A stretch of DNA of 63,610 nt, the filler included, from Octopus bimaculoides (lineage: Eukaryota), in the NCBI RefSeq assembly GCF_001194135.2. It is 4 parts of 4 records of this genome, joined end to end, with 100 filler letters (N's around TTAATTAATTAA, not from the genome) between each part and the next. Parts side by side here need not be neighbours in the genome. Positions count along the whole stretch, not along the records: positions 1 to 23,781 come from NC_068994.1; 3 more parts are not named here. One strand, written 5' to 3'. Of the stretch, positions 1 to 9,086 are shown in pieces. Every line of letters starts with the position of its first letter. The stretch's first letter is position 1. The position numbers were made by a program, and so were the translations under genes. Below the pieces are notes generated by a model. That model made no database searches, had not been told where the DNA came from, and saw only the letters and a program-made list of their open reading frames with translations.

Positions 1-297
1 ATTTTCGAGCGAGATCATTGCCAGTGCCCCTGGACTGGCTCTTCTGCGGGTGGCACATAAAAGACACCATTTTGAGTGTGGCCGTTGCCAGTACCGCCTG
101 ACTGGCCCTCGTGCGGGTGACACGTAAACGCACCCACTACACTCTCTGAGTGGTTGGCGTTAGGAAGGGCATCCAGCTGTAGAAACTCTGCCAAATTAGA
201 TTGGAGCCTGGTGTTGCCATCTGGTTTCACCAGTCCTCAGTCAAATTGTCCAACCCATGCTAGCATGGAAAGCGGACGTTAAACGATGATGATGATA
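1..297 (+). mobile_element. 3' end of RTE-type LINE (3' UTR with tandem units and (GAT)n tail)
   Basis: Same 3' terminus (aggaagggcatccagc...catggaaagcggacgttaaacgatgatgat) as copies at 7850-8190, 8553-9086 and 18530-18900; the last two are contiguous with RTE reverse-transcriptase sequence. Confidence 0.8.
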
Positions 298-519
298 TAT
301 ATATATCTTCACACCCCAGAATTCTCCCTCCAACACCCCCTCCCCACACTGTATGTATGTATGCATATCATTATTCAGTTTATTTCAAGACTTCTTGGCA
401 ATAGAGAAAGAACTGGTTTCTAACTTAGATCCAAGGCTCCTTCATTGGAATTTCAACATCAACAACAGAGTATTTTTGTATGTATGTATTTATGTATCTT
501 TACGTGCATGTATGTATGT

Positions 520-1141
520 ACAGAATCATGTCCTACATGGGCATTTAGGCCACCCAGAAATACAAGTTATCATTCTTATTAACAGTTCTCAGATCATTAT
601 AAAAGCTTAATGGTAAAGCACTTGACACGTAATCACAGGGATGTGAGTTTGAGTCTCATGGCTGGCCGGTAACGTATTTTTCTGCAATGTATGGATAATT
701 TATCCTGTTCACGCTATTTTACTAGCATTACCACGCGTTTGAGAATAAAAATATTTATTTCTGTATCTTTCAATACATCTCAACGCTTCTAAAACAGACT
801 TTGTTTGTTTACTTTCATCGTAAATTGTATTATAAAAGCTGTTTATTTCATCCAAGGGGACTGACTAGTGTTGGCACATAAACACTAATCACTGTCATGA
901 GTTGTTTTGAGTTAAGTTGCAACTGTAGCATCATTAAGGGTTCAGAGAAACTATGTGTAAGCTCTATCAAATGCTGCACCAAGTTTCTTTTTAACAGCAA
1001 GACCAACACCAGCTTCTGATGTAGATTGACTGACCTCCCCTAGTAAAATAAGATGTTGGCAGACACTGGTTCTTTTACTTGGTTGTCATTAGAAAGCCAT
1101 GTTTCTGAGAGTGCAACTATATCAAGATTATATCAAGACAA
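520..1141 (-). mobile_element. Decayed APE-endonuclease fragment of an RTE-like LINE, interrupted by a SINE at 608-828
   Basis: Minus-strand motifs DIVALSETW, GVGLAVKK, TVISVYVPTL..DEINSFY|NDLRTV and FLGGLNAHVGHD match LINE AP-endonuclease motifs; frameshifted. Confidence 0.75.
608..828 (+). mobile_element. tRNA-Thr(CGT)-derived SINE-like retroposon with 12-bp target-site duplication
   Basis: D-arm gctt/aagc, anticodon loop CA-CGT-AA and T-arm gtgag-tttgagt-ctcat; 5' acceptor strand missing. Direct repeats ATTATAAAAGCT at 596-607 and 829-840; removing the insert restores the endonuclease reading SFYNDLRTV. Confidence 0.75.
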
Positions 1142-2046
1142 CTGGATCTTTTCCGTTTGGCTTTCATTTTTCAATTCCTTTAATTTTGTTCCAACTGATT
1201 TCAAATTTGGTGTGTTGATGTAGTTCTGTATGTGAATTATTGAAATGAAATTCAATTTTGCCATAAATTAATAAAAAGTTAAAGTTTGCAAATTTTGGGT
1301 AATTTTAGCCAATTGGAAGCCACAGACACATTGGTGCCTGTTCCCATAGTAACAAGTAAAGTTGTTGTTTGCTTAACATTATAACCACTGCAAGTCAATA
1401 TTCTGAACTTTTGTTTTTGAACTTGCTCTACAAAAAATGTATTGTTTTTTCAAATTTGGTATATTGATGTAATTTAACCCAAACTTTAAATTTTAATTCT
1501 AACCCTAAGCCCTAACTCTAACCCTAAGCCCTAACTCTAACCCTAAGCCCTAACTCTAACCCTAAACCCAACCCTAGTGTATCTCAAACTTTCGTTTTTG
1601 AATTTTCACTATCAACTGTTTACAGTAGGATAATGTAGTTTTTTTTTTTTTGTAATTTAACCTACAGTTTGTTTTCTTGTAAGTTTTTGTAAAAAAAAAC
1701 TGAGAATTTCTCAGTTTTATATTTTCTGTTCTGCTTCACATGACTTTATTCATTTAAATTTATTAAGACTTCAAAACTGCTCACAACTTTCATCATCATA
1801 ATATATTGCTTTCATTTTGTTTAATAAAAGTTATCACACAGAAAATGCCTATTTCTAAATCTTATTTCCCAATTGGTTAAATATACTCAAACTTCAAACC
1901 TTTTTAACATTTTTCTAAAATTTTTCTGGAACAAGCGAATAACAACATCAGATTCAGCATGAAAAATTACATCAATATACCAAATTTAAAAATTTTCACT
2001 TAATTTTAAAATTTCAAAAAGTGAAAGCCAAACAGAAAAGATCCAG
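1142..2046. mobile_element. Non-autonomous TIR DNA transposon (CTGG...CCAG termini, apparent 4-bp TSD ACAA)
   Basis: 25-bp terminal inverted repeat ctggatcttttc(c/t)gtttggctttca (24/25 match), continuing imperfectly for ~90 bp. ACAA at 1138-1141 and 2047-2050. No ORF. Confidence 0.75.
1499..1577. repeat. Telomere-like tandem array, 3 perfect 19-bp units CTAACCCTAAGCCCTAACT plus degenerate tail
   Basis: Read directly; the minus strand gives TTAGGG/TTAGAG/CTTAGGG variants. Confidence 0.9.
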
Positions 2047-3520
2047 ACAATTTCCTACATCTAAAAGCAGTATGGCACTCTCCTTACCAAGCAGGCTTGA
2101 TAAGTTGCCAGTTTAGGCACCAACTGTCAGATCACGTGATAGGTTGTACTGGGTTACATGTTACCAGTAGTAGTAAGAGTGACCTGAAACAATGTGGCTT
2201 TCGCCAGATTAAAGTACAACTGATACAATTTTTACAGCTTGACAGGTTCAAAAGAAGTGCAGAGAACAACTTGATCTGTGCCAGTGTTTCATCAATTTTA
2301 CCAAGATTTTTGACATTGCACAAAGTCCAACTCTTTGGCATGTTTGGAAAAGTTCACAGGGTTTATTCAATCTCCCTATGATAACATGAAAGCATGGATC
2401 TGTCTATGATGAACTACTAAAACCTATCTCAGATGAATCTGGTGTCAAACAGAGTGAAATTCTGGTTCCTACATTTTTCACCATCTTCTTTGTTATTGTT
2501 ACCTTGCAAGCTTTTGTGCATAGTGATGCTACTTTGTGGATAGTGATCTGTTTCTGTAGAACAGGAAAATTTGAAACATGTGTTGTTTTACTGCAGTAAC
2601 AAATATTTCATGGTTCTCATTTGTGATCTCTGCATTTCTTTGATGCTGATGACTATCTTAGGAAGACCTGCAGCACTTGATGAACTTTCAGCCATGTGTG
2701 ATGAGTTTGATTTATGATCAGTCTTAAGAAGACTGTAAACATGCTACAACCAGCACCAAGCAATTCATATGTCCCACCATCAATATATGTCAAGAGCAAA
2801 AAGTCAAAAGTCATGGATATGTTTGTCTAACTTGGTAGCACACAAGCTACATTTAATACACTTGACAAGGAGCCAGTTATAGACTTTCTAAGGCGTATGA
2901 TGCCTTTGACTTTCAAAGGCCTGTGATACCTTATATCAAGGCTCTGGTCACAATTGGACAACAAAGCAGCATTGAAAGTTGAGGCATATCAAACATGTCT
3001 TAACAGTGCTGCTGTATGGAAGAGAGACCAGCACAACCAACCTCAAGAATACTCAATGTCTCGAGTGATTCCACCAGTGATGCTTTCATAATATTCTGTC
3101 AGTGATTTCATGCACTTGATATGAAAGTATTGCACTGGGCAAAAATGATAGGCATCGAGTCCATGATTATGAAACACCAACTGAGACAGTCTAGTCATCT
3201 TGTCTGTTTGAAGGACACCCACATGTACCAGATAGGGAGTTGTGGAAAAATCTGATTGCTACTGTTATTAAAGAATTTGAGAAGAACAATGTTGTGTACA
3301 CTGAATGGAAATGTGCTGGTGAATAATATATGGAGGACATGAACCCTCTCCCTGAGAAGGGTGCAAAAGAATCTTTTTCCATGTGACCAGTGTAGTCATG
3401 TCTGCTTCTCAAAGGCAAGCCTACTCAGCCACAAGCATAAGCATGTTCTCTCATGCACCTTGTGCAGCAGAGGGTGTGTAGATTGGCCAGTGGACTCACT
3501 TGATATTGCAAGTCCCAACA
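2047..3520 (+). mobile_element. Decayed RTE LINE: RT domain through C-terminal C2H2-like fingers
   Basis: Frameshifted motifs ETQCGFRQ..STTDTIF, QVQKKCREQ, SGVKQSEILVPTFF, TVLLYGRET, IESMIMKHQLR and a terminal FPCDQCSHVCFSKASLLSHKHKH. Confidence 0.85.
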
Positions 3521-3582
3521 TCTAGATGGTTGGGCTACTGCTAGGTGGAGGTGCTGACTTGTGGTCGGTGTAGAATGACTTA

Positions 3583-3960
3583 CTCTTTTACTTGTTTCAG
3601 TCATTTGACTGCGGCCATGCTTGAGCACCGCCTTTAGTCGAGCAAATCGATCCCAGGACTTATTCTTTGTAAGCCTAGTACTTAATCTATCGGTCTCTTT
3701 TGCTGAACCGCTAAGTTACGGGGACGTAAACACACCACCATCGGTTGTCAAGCGATGTTGGGGGGACAAACACAGACACACAAACATACACGCACACATA
3801 CATATATATATATACATATATACAACAGGCTTCTTTCAGTTTCTGTCTACCAAATCCACTCACAAGGCTTTGGTTGGCCAGAGGCTATAGTAGAAGACAC
3901 TTGCCCAAGGTGCCAAGCAGTGGGACTGAACCCGGAACCATGTGGCTGGTAAGCAAGCTA
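3583..3960 (-). mobile_element. tRNA-headed SINE (long family with internal (GT/TA)n tract)
   Basis: B-box ggttcagtccc and CORE-like ccttgggcaagtgtcttct; same family at 44565-44860 and 52735-53040. Confidence 0.85.
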
Positions 3961-4379
3961 CGTGGGTTTCTTGCAGGCCTTAAGAGCCATATGAGACATC
4001 ATCAATGATGGGGAAACCAAATAGGAGTTGTTCGTGTGTGTGTCTGTGCCTATCTGTCTGTCTCTATTATGTAGGGTTTCAACTATCAATCAACTAGAGT
4101 CAATAAAATATCAAGGAAATATTCAGATCATTAACTGCAGCTCCTAATAATTATTGTCATATTTATCTTACAACTGGTGAACACTTGTTAAAGCTTCCCA
4201 ATGGACCAATAATTGGCAACAAGGAAGTATCTGTGACTTAGTGAAAAATATATAGTGCAATGGATTTCTTTCAAAGAACATTAATTTTTCAGTTTTCTTA
4301 CTGATATTTACATCCTTCACCAATATACATTGATCAAAGTTACACACACATATGAATGTATGTGATTACAGACATGCAA

Positions 4380-4410
<31 letters not shown>

Positions 4411-4559
4411 CACATCTGTAAATACAGAACAATGAAATGAGTGCTCAACACTACATTGGTGGATATATAATTCACAAATAAAGAAAAAAAATATATATAT
4501 ATATGTATATATATATATACACACACGTATATACACTGCATGTATATCAGTTACATAAT

Positions 4560-4690
4560 ATATACACTGCGTCCCTGTGTTGAAAGAAGCAACTAAACTG
4601 GTGACAGGAAGGGCATCCAAGCATAAAACTCTGCCTTAGAAAACCCATCCAATCCATACCAGCATAAAAAAGTGGACATATGATGATGAC
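4560..4690 (+). mobile_element. Short retroposon fragment sharing the RTE 3' tail
   Basis: ggtgacaggaagggcatcc...gtggacatatgatgatgac resembles the tail at 160-297. Confidence 0.55.
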
Positions 4691-5162
4691 ATAATTCTTA
4701 TATTCATGTTAGAAATCATTAACATTGGTGGAATACCAAATAAAATATAATGTTTTGTTACATTCTGACTTTCAGTCCTGTCAAGATCAATAATGACTTT
4801 CGTCCTTATAAAGTCAATAAAATATAACCCATTCCACTGATATACAGCTATTTATCTAATCATATGTTCCTTATCACAAAAGTTTCTGGTCTTGTGCCTA
4901 TAGAAAATTCAGAATGGATTGCTGTGAAATTTACATTTATTAGTCCAATGTTTGAAAGAAGTAAGACTGGAGTCAATTTTATTAACTTCTCTTATAAATT
5001 TGTGTTCAAGTTAAAAGTTAGCTAAATTACTATTATTTCATGATCTCTATACCTGATAATGTTGCACTGGGTGACCTTTAAGAATTACCTAGAAAATGCA
5101 TATGTATGTCCAGTAGGTGAGAAGAAAAAGAGATAGAAAGATGAAAAATGGCATCTAATTAC

Positions 5163-5263
5163 CTTTTGTTGCAGAAGAAATGCTACTGGAGACATTATAG
5201 TGGACTTGGTAGAGGAAGATGTTCTTAACAAACTCTGTAACAAATGCTTGCAGACTTGATGAA
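5163..5263 (-). CDS. EXOC4: Internal coding exon of exocyst complex component 4 (Sec8) homolog
   Basis: 101-bp exon with acceptor ttcttatttttag| and donor AAG|gtaatt. The open frame SSSLQAFVTEFVKNIFLYQVHYNVSSSISSATK aligns without gaps to recalled human EXOC4 [33 protein letters not shown] (KNIFLxQV, L..F.T and TK conserved). Flanking exons not found in the window. Confidence 0.75.
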
Positions 5264-5820
5264 CTAAAAATAAGAAGGTACATGTACACATACAAATAGG
5301 CACAGTACAACTTTGTTTATAATACACATACAAATAATTCCATGTCATTTTAACAATTTTCTCTGTTGACAGGAGGGTTGGACGGGTAAACGTGTTGAAC
5401 TTGTCAGGCCCAACTACTTGTGTTCTTCTCATACCACTTTTTCCCATGCTACTACTTTCTTCCTAAGCCATATATTACAAGCCCAGATCTGCACAGTCAA
5501 CATGAAGTGTTGTTAAGGCACAGTTGTGTTATTTCATATGTAAAACCAAACATCCTCTCACCTGACCAAACTATCACTCTTTCATATGTGTATTATATTT
5601 AGAACATCACATTTTCAGCCATACCACAACAATTGTCTCTCCAGCTCATACCCAACTTCTCTCTTTTTACTTGTGCACTTGTGTTCTTTTACAAATTAAC
5701 ATTAAACCTTTAACAAATCATACTCTTGCAAAGAAACAAACTCTGTTGCCAATAGTTCTGCTTGTTTAAATATTACAGTTAAGGTCAACAACAGAGGTAA
5801 ACACCTTCCTTACTTTAGAT

Positions 5821-6647
5821 CAGGGGTCGCCAAAGGGGATCCGAGAGACTCTCTAGGGGTCGATGAGCAATTACAGGGGGTTGATGATAGCCAAGGGGTT
5901 GAATGGGGATCAGCATGCGAAAGACTATCTCACCCAGATGAACTGCTTGAAATACTTAGTCAGCGCCACAAAACATGGGAAAACATGATAAATTTTTACT
6001 GCAGCGAGTAGTCTGCTTTTGATAACGTTTGAGGCGTGATGTTATATTCAGTATAATAATGGAAGATTGAGAGTTGTGATTGAGGGGTTGTAGACTGTCA
6101 AGTGTTTACTTATAGAAATTGCCTGAACTGGGAGGAATGAGGTGATTTGAGATTAAAACTGACTGACCTTCAGCCTGATATTAATGTCTTGACTCAGGAT
6201 CACCATGCTCATACCTCACATTCATGTTGTCAAGTTCAATAAAAGATATTCCAGCAATATAATGCATTTTTCACATTTTCTAACCGTGAAAACAATTTCA
6301 TAAAAATTGAAAGTTTAATACTGTGTACTCCTGCATGTAGTTTTAAATGTAAAAAGTGAGTCATCTTCAATAGAATTTCTTAATTTGTCGTACATGTATA
6401 TTTTAGCTAACATTTTAATTGCCAGTATCAGTACCCGGCATGCATGTAAGATATGGTAGGGTAGGGTATTAAGGTATTTTAAACGAGGAGCGTGATCAAT
6501 GCAGGAGAAGTGGCTAAGGGGGTTGATGCAGAAGAAGTGGCTAAAGGGGGTCAATGTAGAAGGAGAAGTGGCTAAAGGGGGAGGGGTCAATGCGGAAGGA
6601 GAAGTGGTTAAAGGGGATTGATGGTTGAAAAAGTTTGGCGACCCCTG
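5821..6647. mobile_element. Non-autonomous hAT (Charlie-type) element
   Basis: TIR caggggtcgccaaa / tttggcgacccctg; 8-bp TSD CTTTAGAT at 5813-5820 and 6648-6655; internal ~27-35-bp tandem units (ggagaagtggctaaagggg) at ~6500-6620. Confidence 0.9.
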
Positions 6648-6904
6648 CTTTAGATGCTATACTATCACAACAGTCACCACCAGCACTAATGAGGTTGCCT
6701 AGATAGAACCATTAACTACATCAAGAGAACACTCAGCTGATTCATGAACTTCATTTCATGTATATCTTTAATGTTAATTACTTCTGTGCATCTATCACAT
6801 TTAAAGTTCTAGTTCTCTAATACTCTGACAAAAACTGCATTGCACTTTTATGGATCCACTCCCCAAATACATATGTGTAAATGTTGTGAAAGTATGGAAG
6901 CCAG

Positions 6905-7360
6905 GGTATGGATGAAGTGAAAACTCAAGGTACTATTACCTCTGTAGGTAACAAAAGACCATCTCTCTGAATAAATGGCAGGCTACATGACAGTTGTGTA
7001 TAAATATGATTTTGCAGAGTGCTGAGTAATGAATGCTTAATGTGGAGGAATACAAAGTAATGATGTGAACATATTTCACTGAATGTATAATGTCAGTGCA
7101 CATGCCAATGAAGCATAAATGAGCTGTGAGAAAAACTGGGCAGCAGGTAACTGCTACAGTTTGAAAGGCATCCTTCTTGTGCATCACATGTCTATATGGA
7201 CATGTGATGCACAAGAAAGATGATTGTGGGATGGAAAAAAATCAAATAATGAGTAAAATAAGCTTGTGGAAGTGATACACTGAAGAAGATGCGGCTGGAG
7301 GTAGTGAGAGCTGATCACATGACAGTTAGTCTCACAAAGTAAAAGATAAAGAACCCCACT
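6905..7360 (+). mobile_element. Decayed RTE LINE RT C-terminal fragment
   Basis: LYGHVMHKKDD-like motif; similar to the better preserved copies at 11.5-12.3 kb and 19.0-19.4 kb. Confidence 0.65.
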
Positions 7361-7849
7361 ATGTATAGAGACACTGCATTGAAATGGACTGTCTAACCTA
7401 TACTAGTATTGACAAGCAGAAATAAAATAATCCTTTCTATAATAGGTACCAAGCCCAAAAGTTTAGAGGCAGGGGCTAGTCAATTACATTTAGTCTGGCA
7501 TGCTAATCATTCTGCCAGTGATGGTTATAGAATGAATACAGAATGTAGTATCATTATATGTGAATAGATATATCACAGTATGTAGAACTATGTAGGCCTG
7601 TATAAGTTTACCCTATAAATTTAAATTCCTTTTTTAGTATAAACTCATAATTCCAAATACAAAGATATAAAAAGGAAAAAAGTACTAATATATAAGCATA
7701 ATTGTAGGCTTCATAAGTAGAGTAGCATGAATGAATACATATTCCTGAGAATGAAAAGAGCATATGCTTGGATAAATATATGTATGTATATACACATGTA
7801 TGTACATTAGTGTTGAATAAACGTATATTTATATATATGCGACAAAGTG

Positions 7850-8190
7850 GCTGATGCCAGTGGCACATGAAAAGCACCTTTTGCATGTTAGGCCTCACAG
7901 AGGCAATGATGAATGACCAAGACCTTTGGCATTATGCCATGCTTGAGAAGAAACCATCAAGCCAAATAAAATTGCAGCAAAGGCAGATACTGGTGTCACA
8001 CAAATGGCACCCGTGCCAGTGGCATGGAAAAGCACTCTTGGAGTGGTTGGCGTTAGGAAGGACATCCAGCCATAGAAACCATGCCAAATCAGACTGGAGT
8101 CTGGTACAGCCTACTAGCTTGTCAGCCCTAGTCAAACCATGCAAGCCATGCCAGAATGGACAACAGATGTTAAATAATGATGATGATGAT
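7850..8190 (+). mobile_element. RTE LINE 3' end with (GAT)n tail
   Basis: AMMNDQDLWHYAMLEKK terminus followed by the shared 3' UTR. Confidence 0.8.
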
Positions 8191-9086
8191 GAAAGTAAAT
8201 TTGATAGTTTAATAGCTCTCTTAATGTCCTGAAAAGCAACAGGTTAAAGAATGTGGTAGTGATACTATATATCTAAAATGAAGTCAGTAAGGTGATAATT
8301 TTTGGTATCCTGCTGAGTTAAGGAGATGGGCATAGGTCACTGGTTTTCAAACAGACATGAGACAAATAATTGTTAAAGGTTACCCTTCTATGACATGCTT
8401 ATCTTCAAATTTCTTTTTTTTATTTTCCTAAAATTCCAGACAAGTCTGTGGTTAAGGATCAAATTATTCTTTATTTCTCATAACTTGTTTTTGTTGCATT
8501 TCTCTTATTTGTGTCTCTTTGTATTTTCTTGTTCCTTTTTGTCAGAGGAATCATCATCATCATCATTGTTTAACATCCACTTTCCATGTTGGCATGGGTT
8601 GGACGGTTTGACTGAGGACTGGTGAGCCAGAGGCTGCACCAGGCTCAATCTGATCTGGCAAAGTTTCTACAGCTGGACGCCCTTCCTAACACCAACCACT
8701 CCGAGACTGTAGTGAGTGCTTTTATGTGCCACTGGTATGAGGGCCAGTCAGGCAGTTCTGGCAACAACCACGCTCAAATGGTGTTTTTTACGTGCTACCT
8801 GCGCAGGAGCTAGTCCAGTGGCACTGGCAATAACCACACTCAAATGTTGTTTTTCACATGCCGGTAAGGCGACGCTAGCAACAATGACGCTTGAATGGTG
8901 CTTTTCGCATGTCAGCAGCATGGGAGCCAATCCGAGGCCCTGGCAACGATCACGCTCGGATGTGCTTTTAATGTTCCACTGGCACAAGTGCCAATCAGGA
9001 GGTACTGTCATCGGCCACATCAGCGATTTTGATTTTGATTTTACTTGCCTCAATAGGTCTTCGCAAGCAAAGTTTATTGTCTAATG

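Noticed and set aside
604-667. Functional tRNA-Thr gene
   Set aside because: The 5' acceptor strand is missing, the anticodon stem has an insertion, the T-loop is mutated, and the sequence is flanked by a TSD.
1499-1577. True telomere or chromosome-fusion scar
   Set aside because: Short, 19-bp periodic, one orientation only, and enclosed within a TIR element.
5085-5447. 120-aa ORF from the ORF track overlapping the EXOC4-like exon
   Set aside because: Wrong frame. The homologous peptide lies in another frame bounded by splice sites.
8700-9010. Regularly spaced repeats as a CRISPR array
   Set aside because: Units are degenerate, have no unique spacers, sit inside a eukaryotic LINE 3' UTR, and there are no cas genes.
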